DNA of 64,000 nucleotides from Octopus sinensis (taxonomy: Eukaryota): contig NW_021835986.1 of the NCBI RefSeq assembly GCF_006345805.1, positions 10,150-74,149 on the forward strand, read 5' to 3'. The notes beneath the pieces are model-generated. The model did not search any database, had not been told where the DNA came from, and worked only from the letters and a program-made list of their open reading frames with translations. The translations under genes were made by a program, and so were the position numbers. Shown here piece after piece: positions 27,280-37,632 of the stretch (position 1 is the first letter of the stretch; each line of letters begins with the position of its first letter).

Positions 27280-27960
27280 TACGTATGTATGTGTGTATGT
27301 ATGCATACATGTGTGTATGTATGTACGTATGCATGTACGTACATACGCTTGTGTATGCATGTATGTATGTATGTATGTATGTATGTATGTATGTATGTAT
27401 GTATGTATGTATGTATGTATATATGTATGTGTGTGTATATGCACGCACATACACTCTATAAACATTAAGCTATAACCTGTAGCGATGGATAGATGTAGAG
27501 TCACCACTCATCACAATACTATCAAATTTCAACTTCCTCCGGCCGAAGTCTGGAAGTGATTTACGACCCTTACTCCCAAAACTATACCCTAAAACCTATT
27601 ATCAGATCTTTATCTTTGTTTTACTATTGTGCGTATGTATGTATGTGCGTATGTATGTATGTATGTATGTATGTATGTATGTATGTATGTATGTATGTAT
27701 GTATGTATGTATGTGTGTATGTATGTGTGTACGTACATACGTACGCATGTGCGTATGTATGTATACACGCACGTATGCATGTGCCCATGTATGTGTGTGC
27801 GTACATGTACGTGCTTATGTACGTGTGTATGCCCATACGTAGGTATGTATGTATGTTTGTACTCATGTGCTACGTATGTATGTGAGTGTTTAGGAGAATG
27901 GGCAGACGTGTCTGTGAGAGTGTGTACATGTGTATGTGTATGTGAACGTATGTCCGTGTA
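27280..27960. repeat. (ATGT)n-rich microsatellite blocks
   Basis: Direct reading. Confidence 0.9.
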
Positions 27961-28211
27961 CTGGCATGTGTCCGTCTAAGTTGTGTACATGACTGTTACT
28001 TTGTTGAAGGTTGTATACATATTCACATATATGTTTGTATAGACGCACACACATTTATATATATGTGTGGGTGTGTGTTTGTTCCTCTCATCACCGTCTA
28101 ACCGTGAAAGGATACAACGCCTAAGTGCAACTGTACGTATCAAACAACGTACGCTCATACTGTTATATATAACTGCACATACGCATTGCAACCTGTATGT
28201 AAGGACTACAA

Positions 28212-28253
<42 letters not shown>

Positions 28254-28304
28254 AGGAGAGAGGTGGTTATAGAATAGAATAGTCCTCTGAATGGGATCTG
28301 GATG

Positions 28305-28884
28305 TTACTCATTCGGACTTTCGGTTGAGAGTAGTTTGTATTCTTGTATACAAACAGCTTCTGTGACCTGTCTCAGCATTGCATCAGTGGGATGTGTGGA
28401 AAAGATGTTTAACTTAAGTCTCCCTAAGGAGCCCTTGTGGCAGTCTACAGCATGTTGGTAGAAGATGGAGTTTGGCTTCCTTTCAATGTAGTTGTCCAGG
28501 TGTTCTTTGAACCTATCATTGATGCTTCTAGAAGTCTCACCTATGTATGACTCTGGGTTAGTCGCGCAAGCCCCCTCCTGGCACTTAATCTGGTATACAG
28601 TGCCCTTGGTTTTACAATTTACATGTGGATTTGTCGAACATACTGCACAATTACTTTGACAGGTGATTCTATCAAATTGATATGATCTGCATAATGCCGA
28701 TTTGATAGTCCTACCCGTCTTTTCTACAACTTTAATTTTTAGGCCCGTAGTGCGCAGGATTTTCTTGAATGCCTTACTTAGCTCGTTCTTAGGTGTGGCG
28801 TCAACGAACATTACTCCGTGAAATCTCCTGTTATCGTACCAAGTAACGTTTCTCATCCTTTTGTTGGTGTCCCTCTCTAAGGTT
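28305..28884 (-). mobile_element. Penelope-like element GIY-YIG endonuclease fragment
   Basis: 183-aa ORF with MFVDATP, Cys cluster CQSNCAVC...C, VYQIKC...YIGETSRSINDRFKEH and MLRQVTEAV; no RT present. Confidence 0.85.
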
Positions 28885-28933
28885 AGAGATCGAAAAAGCG
28901 ATCCTACGACCGCGAGTCCGCTGTCCTAACCAC
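28885..28933 (-). mobile_element. SINE family C tRNA head, abutting the GIY-YIG fragment
   Basis: Minus tggttaggacagcggactcgcggtcgtaggatcgctttttcgatc. Confidence 0.7.
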
Positions 28934-28939
28934 ATATAG

Positions 28940-29110
28940 TGAGAGTGCATGGCTTAGTGGTCAGGATGTTGCACTAGGGATCATGATTTCATTTCTTAGA
29001 TCGGGTGGTACGTTATGTTCTTGAATAAAATATTTCCTCTCACGTTGCTCTGCGATCACTTCAGCATCTGACGCGTGGTACACTATGCACTTGTTCAGAG
29101 AACGTTGAGT
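28940..29110 (+). mobile_element. Old decayed tRNA-derived SINE (family D-like)
   Basis: gcatggcttagtggtcagg...gttatgttcttgaataaaatatttcctctcacgttgctc resembles 32553-32665. Confidence 0.5.
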
Positions 29111-29248
29111 TGATGGAGAGAGTGATCTAATGTGGAGCGCGAGCATTTTATCACATAAAAAAAATCATTTGTGCGGGTCGTTCCATAAAAAGCTGATCGC
29201 TCATCTGTCGTCTTCGACGGGAGAGTCCATCATATATATATATATACA

Positions 29249-29468
29249 CACAAGGGATGGTGAAAAGTTTCTGGCCCTAAGGGTATTCGAAAGGCCTGAG
29301 TTGTAGCCGAACCTTCCGAGTTATTTTACAGGTCTTTGAAAAAACTGAAGGGCCGCTGCAATAAGCGTGTGTATCTGAGAGAAGAATACGGTGAATAAAA
29401 TCATAATGAATTGATCCTCCTGTATTTTCTTTTACCCGAAGCCAGGAATTTGGCAGCACTCCCTCGTG
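29249..29468 (+). mobile_element. Mariner-derived MITE
   Basis: Imperfect TIRs cacaaggga..aaagtttctggc / gccaggaattt..tccctcgtg; internal RCNKRVYLREEYGE* resembles the mariner C-terminus RW.KCV..RG.Y.E*. Confidence 0.6.
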
Positions 29469-29477
29469 CATGTGTGT

Positions 29478-29549
29478 GTAGTAGTAGTAGTAGTAGTAGT
29501 AGTAATAGTAGTAGTAGTAGTAGTAGTAGTAGTCGTCGTCGTCGTCGTC

Positions 29550-29609
<60 letters not shown>

Positions 29610-29610
29610 A
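29478..29610. repeat. (TAG)n/(TCG)n microsatellite
   Basis: Direct reading. Confidence 0.95.
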
Positions 29611-29871
29611 TAAAATCGATAAAAAGTATTGTTAACTTGCAGTGAGGACTGGAAAAAATCCAACGTTTCGGACAGATGATCTTCGTCAAAGAAAAGTTGA
29701 AAGGATAGAAAGCAATGAAAGACAGTTAAGTTTTAGTTCTCTAAGTTGAAACAAACTATTTGCCACTGGCTCCATTTTGAAAACGGACACTATACTCTTT
29801 TTATTGATTCTACTACATTATGTAACTCTTGCCGTCGCAGGCCAACACCAGCCATTTTGGAATCTGTTTGA

Positions 29872-29904
<33 letters not shown>

Positions 29905-30232
29905 CGTGTGTGTGTGTGTGTGATCAAATACTTTTTATATATATATATATATCCGATTGTTTAAAACAGTGGGCACTGTTAAGATTACATTTGTCATTCG
30001 ACTTCTTGTCAACTCTAAACATGGAGGCCTATTTTCAAAACCATTCTAGCCAATGCAAAACTATCTTAGTGTGGGCGTGGGTGGGAGAAAGGACCTAGGA
30101 TAGCATTAACAAAAATGCCATTTCCAGTGAAAATTTGGCAGGGTTCAGTTTGAGTGAGATTTGGCAGCTATATCTAACATGTCGCATAACCATGTTGCCA
30201 CGTTATCAAACTTTCAACGGTTTCAAGATAGC

Positions 30233-30346
30233 CATATTACTAATTGAGAAACATATTACTAATTGATGGACATATTGCTAATTGAGAGACATATTACTAA
30301 TTGAGAGACATATCGCTAATTGATACACTTATTGCTAATTGGATAA
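30233..30346. repeat. 19-bp minisatellite, about 6 units (catattRctaattgagaga)
   Basis: Direct reading; each unit contains CTAATTG. Confidence 0.85.
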
Positions 30347-30441
30347 GATTGTACTATTTGGCAAAGAGTTTGTCCATTAGGTCTTTCACTAAAGTAAATG
30401 TCGTCTGTGACATGGCAGTGGACTTTGACTGCGTATGATAC

Positions 30442-30756
30442 CTATTCTCAGAGCCACTGGGAAAAGGAGCATGCATATACAGAGCCAGTCAAGCAAAGAG
30501 CTAGAAATAATTGTCAAAAGTTCCTTAACTTGTGGTTTTGAAAAACGAGAACGAAATATAAGAAAGTATAGTCCTTTCGAAGACCCATGATGACCTTTGA
30601 ATGTTTCTATCATGGAAGTGTTTTCATTGAACGAAAAGCAGCAGCAATTCAAATTACAAGTTTCCCTTTTACGATTTTGATAGCATATGGGTAGAAAGCA
30701 AAGATCAACACAGCCGGGCGCTTGCCGTCGGAGACGAACACCAGCCATTTTGGAAT
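30442..30756 (-). CDS. Candidate first coding exon of an unidentified host gene (hydrophobic signal or anchor segment)
   Basis: Acceptor ttgtcgtgtttgttgcag|attccaaaATG (ATG at 30748), open frame MAGVRLRRQ...LLTIISSSLLDWLCICMLLFPVALRI, donor-like AG|GTATCA (phase 1); non-repetitive sequence. No homolog recognised. Confidence 0.3.
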
Positions 30757-31211
30757 CTGCAACAAACACGACAAAATATTTTGTCCAACGTTGTAATGAT
30801 TCTACCATCCCACCAGGCGACTGGTATTTTCATTTTATCAGTCCAAGTGGAATGAAAGGCAAAGATAATTTGGTGTGGCATTTGAACTCAGAACGTAAAG
30901 AGCCGGAATAAATATCAGTAGGTATTCTGTTCGGCCCAAGCGATTATTGGTGATTCATCACATTAATCTAAGCTCCACAATAATTAAACATTTGCAACTA
31001 GGATGCCGTCGGTCATAGGTATCCCACATTATTCACCAGTTGTTAAATAACAGGAACAGTTACGACAACAAAGACTGAGTAAAAAAATATGCGACTGGTA
31101 GAACACTGCATGTGAAACAGTTCCCTCCATCTCCAACAAGATGTATATGATATCAATTAACGGTATCTTACAGACAAATTATTCACACATCATATGAATT
31201 GTACTTGCAGC

Positions 31212-31262
<51 letters not shown>

Positions 31263-31264
<2 letters not shown>

Positions 31265-31565
31265 CGCAGACATCGCCTTGTGGTAAGTAGCTTGCTTCCC
31301 ATCCACATGATTCTAGGTTCAGTCCCACTGCGTGACACCTTGGGCAAGTGTCTTCTGCCATAGCCTCGGGCCGACCAAAGCCTTGTGAGTGGATTTGGTA
31401 GACGGAAACTGAAAAAAATTCCGTCGTATATATGCGTGAGTGTGTGTGTGTGTGCACGCGCGCGTGTGTGTATATGTGTATCTGTGTTTTCGCCCACCAT
31501 CGCTTGACAACTGATGCTTGTGTGTCTACGTCCCCGTAAGCTAGTGGTTCGGTAAAAAGAACATA
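31263..31565 (+). mobile_element. SINE family A
   Basis: gtggtaagtagcttgc...gttcagtcccactgcgtgacaccttgggcaagtgtcttc...catcgcttgacaac. Confidence 0.85.
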
Positions 31566-31724
31566 TATATATGTTGCCGTAATATTAACGCGAAACAGTG
31601 TTTAGGAATAAGCAAAGTTTAGTTAGTTAAAATACGTCTGTGACATATTTCAACTGCTAAAAGGGATATTAGTGGAGCAAATATCTGTCCAGTGGTGTCC
31701 CTTGTCATATTCCCGTGGGCCTAC

Positions 31725-31867
31725 GGGTATATGGCGTAGTGGATAAAAGCGCGGGCTGCTAACCCCAAGATTCCGAATTCGATTCCAGGCTGTGGAATAA
31801 TAGTAATAATAATAATAATAATAACAATAATGATGATGATGATGATGATGATAATAATAACAATAAC

Positions 31868-31901
<34 letters not shown>

Positions 31902-31916
31902 GTAATAATAGTAATA

Positions 31917-31971
<55 letters not shown>

Positions 31972-32110
31972 CATCGAAAAATACCTTAGGAATGAGAACC
32001 CTGGTTCGAAATTTCGCCAAGACACCTGATGAAGGCTGGAGAGTATATCAGCCGAAACGTGTTAACAGCAAACAAGATGAGAACAAATATCTGTCAAAAT
32101 GTAAATAATG
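31725..32110 (+). mobile_element. tRNA(Ser-like)-headed SINE with internal (AAT)n and a hammerhead-like tail
   Basis: A box tggcgtagtgg, GCT anticodon-like loop, B-box-like ttcgattcc; tail GACAC-CTGATGA-A-GGCTG..CAGCC-GAAACGTGTT at 32021-32063. Confidence 0.65.
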
Positions 32111-32466
32111 TAAATAATGGAATAATTACTATGAAGCATTGTGTGGAATATATTGCATAAAAGATCGTGAGTAAGGCCAAAACAATGTTAAGTAAATGCA
32201 AGGTAAATCGCGAGAGAACAAATATGTGAATTAATGTAGACTTACCTCGTTTTCAATATTTCGGGGTTATGACCCCATTTTCAAGAAATAGACGTATGTT
32301 GCTGATGTGCGTGTGCGTGAGCGTGTGTGGAGTGGACATTAATTTACATATTTGTTTTTTTTGTTTTCTTTTTGGTTTACTTTGCATTGTTTTGGCCTTA
32401 CCCACGATCTTTTATACAATATATAATATGTCTGTGTATATATATATATATATTATATATATATAT

Positions 32467-32497
<31 letters not shown>

Positions 32498-32552
32498 TAT
32501 TATATATACATATATATACATACATATACATATATATATATATATATATAGT

Positions 32553-32870
32553 GAGGGCGCGTGGCTTAGTGGTTGGGGCATTCGGCTCATGATCGTAAGG
32601 TTGTGAGTTCGATTCCCGGCGACGCGTTGTGTCCTTGAGCAAGACACTTTATTTCACGTTGCTCCAGTCCACTCAGCTGGCAAAAATGAGTTGTACTTGT
32701 ATTTCAAAGGGTCAGCCTTGGTCACTCTCTGTGTCACGCTGATTATCCCCGAGAACTACGTTAAGGGTACACGTGTCTGTGGATGCTCAGCCATTTGCAC
32801 GTTATTTCACGAGCAAGCTGTTCCGTTGATCGTATCAGCTGGGACCCTCGTCGTCGTAACCGGCGGAGTC
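32553..32870 (+). mobile_element. SINE family D
   Basis: gagggcgcgtggcttagtggtt...gagttcgattccc...gtgtccttgagcaagacac; homologous to 37218-37500 (minus). Confidence 0.85.
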
Positions 32871-32920
32871 TTTTTATATATATATATATACATATACATA
32901 CTACATACATACATATACTC

Positions 32921-32974
<54 letters not shown>

Positions 32975-33004
32975 TATATATACATATATAATTTTTTAAT
33001 TCGT

Positions 33005-33332
33005 TCAGTCATTGGATGGCGGCTATGCTGGCATACCACCTTGAAATACTTTCAGGTACCTATTTTAAAGTTTGGCACTTAATATATCGGTCTCTTTTGC
33101 ATAACCAGTACCGGCTGTCAAGCGACAATGGGCACAAACATAGGCACAAAGACAAACACATATAAAAGACGGTCTTTTCTATGCAATTTTATTCTACCAA
33201 ATTCACTCACAGCGATTTGGTCGGCCCTGTACTATAGTAGAAAATATTTGCCCAAGGTGCCACGCGTTGGGACTGAACCAAAAACTATGTGGTTGTAAGT
33301 GAGCCTCTTAACAGCATAGCCACTCCTACACC
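33005..33332 (-). mobile_element. Decayed SINE family A
   Basis: cccaaggtgccacgcgttgggactgaacc. Confidence 0.65.
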
Positions 33333-33344
33333 TATACATACACA

Positions 33345-34520
33345 CAAGTTTTTTCATGAAACATTTCTGGCAGTTTTAAAATAAGTTCAGATCTTGTGTT
33401 TGGTCAGTTCTTGTGACATTTTTCCTCGTTTTGAACGTCACTATTATCTTAAAGGCACGTTCACTGTAAAAAAAAATGAATCGTTATTCTGTAAAGGATT
33501 ATTAAGAGAGTCAATTCCGTGATAAATCTTTTCCTTGCACTTTAAATTTTGACATAAATTTACTTCTCCCAATATTTTTACCTCCAAATGATTGAATTTG
33601 GAAAACAGTTGCATGTTCGAATATTGTTTAAAATGTTTTGATTTTGAAGTGCTACTCAAATGAAGACTTGTTTTTATAAATCATTCTGGCTCAATTATGG
33701 GTAAAATGGACATTACCATTAGAATAACATATACCTAATGATTCCTTGTCCCACTTTCTAGCATCGCGTTTGTTATATGTTTTACACGTACAGCCCAAGG
33801 ATAAAATACTTCCAAATATATAATCATGATTAGGATCATAATTAATCACCATATATTCCATCCGTACATTTTCTACACATTTTCTCAACAAGACAGCTCT
33901 TTTAATCTTATTTTCTACATTTTTCACTCTCCTGTGCTTTATTTCTACTCTATCTCTCTCTCTCTCTCTCCTTTCTTGTAATCTTAATTTCTTTGCCTTA
34001 TTTTTTTCTTGTGCTTTGTAATTTCTATAATTCTCCTTCGTTCTCTGCAATCTTGTTTCTTTACTTCTATCACTTGTTTTTTTTTTGTTCTATTCTCATA
34101 TTCTTTCAGTTTTTGCAGCCATATTTCAGTCTTGTGATATATCTTTTCCCTTCACATTTCTCTTAACTTCACAATGTATTATGAGAAAGAAGGCATCGTA
34201 GTGGTTGCGGTCAATTTCCCCACTATATAATACAAATATTTTTCATTTTGTAACCGTTCGATCACATAATGAACAGATGAAAACAAATTTCATCGACATT
34301 TTTGTGTTGAACCTGAATTGCAACATTATGCAATTCACTAATGGCTGCCAATTCAATATTATCACCCTATGTTCCATCCCTACTCATGTATGTTTGATAT
34401 CCCTGAATTGTGCGTTTGGGGGAAAGAGAATGAAAATGTCTCCGATTATTGCTATTTGTACTATTATTGCGAAAGAGTGACACAGTTCTACACAAGCGGT
34501 ATCACTGTCCATAGCATTTT
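33345..34520 (-). mobile_element. Helitron N-terminal fragment: OTU domain plus Zn-finger-like region (pseudogene)
   Basis: Minus: YMSRDGT*GDNIELAAISELHNVAIQV...LYSGEIDRNHYDAF (OTU), then NYDPNHDY...ARKWDKESLGICYSNGNV and SKHFLNNIR..CFQIQSFG..FKVQGKIYHGIDSL (Helitron N-terminal motifs), across frameshifts. Confidence 0.7.
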
Positions 34521-34949
34521 AAAGTTAATTCCATTGTGTTCAATATTTTTTGATGAATCTAATAAAGTACTTTGCCTTTAGTTTAAACTTTAGATGGCTT
34601 CTTCACGAAGAAATTTGTGATTGATAATGTGAACACCAGAATCTGAAAAATGTATAAACAATACGAATTTCCTGTTAAGGAACCTGACTTTCTCGCTTCG
34701 AGATAGATGACAGGATAAGTGCAATTTTATAAGTTGTGAAAAAGAAATTAATATTTCTCAATGTATTTAATAAGGTACTTCACCTTCAATGTTGACTTTA
34801 AACGTCTTCTTCGTGGAGAGTACGGGGATCAAGCAAAAGCGATATGACTCCAAGCAATTAACAGACGATATCTTTTTTTTTTCTTATACAAAGGTATCGT
34901 CTGCTGATAAATGGGGAGAAAGGAATACTTCAGTTCTTTTCAAATGATA

Positions 34950-35044
34950 TCAGTTTAAATACATGTGTGTATGTGTCTGCGTTTGTGTATGTAACTGTGA
35001 GAAAGAGAGAGAGAGAGAAAGAGAGAGAAAGAGACAGAAGAAAG

Positions 35045-35092
<48 letters not shown>

Positions 35093-35228
35093 TGGGCGAG
35101 CAGACGAGAGCAAGAGAATGATATAAAAAGACAAAGAGAAAAAGGCAGATACGATACGGGAAGAGAAAATGATTTGCAAATAGGAAAATTGGATATATAG
35201 AAAGATAGATTGATAGGTGGATAGATAG

Positions 35229-35281
<53 letters not shown>

Positions 35282-35400
35282 AAGAAAGAGCAAGAGAGAG
35301 GGAGACAGAGTAAGAAAGAAAGAGAGAAGGAGAGAGAAAGTGACAGACAGACAAACAGACAGCTAAATTGACGCAGAGAGAAAGAGAGAAGAAAACAAAC
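34950..35400. repeat. (GA)n/(GATA)n purine-rich repeats
   Basis: Direct reading. Confidence 0.9.
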
Positions 35401-35660
35401 AGAAATAGTTTGAATTAATTTTAATTATGTGTTTTGCATATGGAAATTACTAAATTCAAATGTGTGTGTATGTGTGTGTGTGTGTGTGTGTGTGTACATG
35501 GTGTTATTTAGCTCTACAGTTAACATGATAATGTAGATCTATGTTTTAAAGTATTCAAGCTATAAACACGTCTTTGTTTTCTCCTTATTCAATGTGTTCT
35601 TGGATAACGGCATGTGGTATTCAGGGAAGTTTGATTCTAATGTATATGTGTGTGTGTGTA

Positions 35661-35985
35661 TACATATATATATATCACGTGATCACCGTGACCGACCGGG
35701 CTATCAGATATTGCTACACATCGCTGGTCACAATGCGCTTCGCATTGTTTTAGCCTTCAAACGACGCCACCCCGCTGGCTAAGCGAGCAGGCCAACAGAA
35801 AAAATAATGGGAGAAAGTTATGGCGAAAGAGTACAGCAGGGATCGCCACCACCCTCTGCCGGAGCCTCGTGGAGCTTTAGGTGTTTTCGGTCAATAAACA
35901 CTCACGACGCCCGGTTTTGGAATCGAAACCGCGATCCTACAAGCGCGAGTTCACTGCCCTAACACTGGGCCATTGCGCCGCCACA
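35661..35985 (-). mobile_element. SINE family C
   Basis: Reverse complement of 36376-36682, roughly 85-90% identical by eye. Confidence 0.85.
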
Positions 35986-36000
35986 CACACACACGTATAT

Positions 36001-36104
36001 ATTGTTGTATTTGGGGATGGTCATGTTGCCATTTTAGCCAATGAAAACACATGCACTATATATATGGCTAAACGGGCAACATGACCATCCCCAAATATAA
36101 CAAT
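36001..36104. repeat. Hairpin/MITE-like element with 40-bp inverted repeats
   Basis: 36001-36040 pairs with 36065-36104 (few mismatches). Confidence 0.8.
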
Positions 36105-36205
36105 AACTATCTCCACACAGAATCTTGCAAAACGAATATATATAGGTATATATATATATGAATGTATATATATATCTATATATATATATATATACATATA
36201 TATAC

Positions 36206-36313
<108 letters not shown>

Positions 36314-36375
36314 CACATCTATATATTCGTTTTGCAAGATTCGTGATGTAAATTCGTGTGTGGTGATAGATATTG

Positions 36376-36679
36376 TGGAGGTGCAATGGCCCAGTGGTTA
36401 GGGCAGCGGACTCGCGGTTGTAGGATCGCGTGTTTCGATTCCCAGACCGGGCGTTGTGAGTGTTTATTGAGTGAAAACACCTAAAAGCTCCACGAGGCTC
36501 CGGCAGGGGTTGGTGGTGATCCCTGCTTTACTCCTTCGCCGCAACTTTCTCTTCTCATCTTTCTTCTGTTGGCGTGCTCGCTTAGCCAGCGGGTGGCGTC
36601 ACTTGAAGGCTAAAACAATGCGAAGCGCATTGTGACCAGCGACGTGTAGCAACATCTGATAGCCTGGTCGGTCACGGTG

Positions 36680-36682
<3 letters not shown>
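36376..36682 (+). mobile_element. SINE family C
   Basis: tRNA-like head and full body, ending in (TA)n. Confidence 0.85.
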
Positions 36683-36751
<69 letters not shown>

Positions 36752-36883
36752 TGACACAATCTTTTCACTCACACTTTGAATTTAGTGATACTAGTGCGGA
36801 TTCTAGCTCGCTCTGATACTGAGTTGAGTTGGTGCCTTCTAGTATCTCAAAATTCAATATATAATCATTTATGATTATAGTAT

Positions 36884-36982
36884 TCTACGCTGAAGAGAAA
36901 AGAAGTTTTGGTAAGGTAGATTATTTAATATTTAATTCTTATGCTTTCCTAAAAACTTGATTTCGAAACGTACGTCCGTAGA
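36884..36982 (+). ncRNA. Type I hammerhead ribozyme with long AU-rich helix II
   Basis: TCTACG-CTGAAGA-GAAA..AAGTTTT...AAAACTT..TTTC-GAA-ACGTACGT-C|CGTAGA; 6-bp helix I, GUC site at 36974-36976. Confidence 0.8.
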
Positions 36983-37167
36983 TAACTTAAAATTGTATGA
37001 TAGATTGCCGTCAATTCATTCTCTCTTACCTGTTTGTGTCTGCCTTCCAATTGCTGTTTTTACTGAGATCTCCCTTTTTAGTAGAAGAAATAGCTAAACT
37101 CTTTGACTGCTATTTCTAAATTCGGTATGTGGTAAGGCAATTCGTTGCTAAACCCTTTATTGCTTAG

Positions 37168-37216
<49 letters not shown>

Positions 37217-37217
37217 T

Positions 37218-37500
37218 ATCGCGCACTCCGCCGGTTACGACGACAAGGGTTCCAGTTGATTAGATCCACAGTACAGGTTGCTCGTGAAATTAACTTGCAA
37301 GTAACTGAGCTACTCCACAGATACACGTACCCTTAACATAGTTCACTAGAAACGTCTGCGTGCCACGGAATGTGACAAGGCTGGCCCTTTTTGAAATACA
37401 AATACTACTCACTTTTGCCAGCTGAGTGGAGCAACATGAAATCAAGTGTTTTGTTCAAGGACACAACGCGTCTACGTAAATTGAACTCACGACCTTACGA
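37218..37500 (-). mobile_element. SINE family D
   Basis: Reverse complement of 32553-32870. Confidence 0.8.
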
Positions 37501-37513
37501 TACGCGCCTTCGC

Positions 37514-37554
<41 letters not shown>

Positions 37555-37632
37555 TAAATGCATACATACATACATACTTGCAAGCACACATACACATGCA
37601 CGCACATACTCACAAACGCGCATATATATTTA

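Noticed and set aside
30233-30346. CRISPR-like array
   Set aside because: Contiguous tandem units without unique spacers, in a eukaryotic context with no cas genes.
31725-31790. Functional tRNA genes (here and at other SINE heads)
   Set aside because: Acceptor stems are incomplete and the heads run into repeat bodies, so they are SINE heads.
34330-34345. TAG in place of the OTU Trp codon as an editing-restorable site
   Set aside because: The same domain has frameshifts and other stops, so it is a pseudogene.
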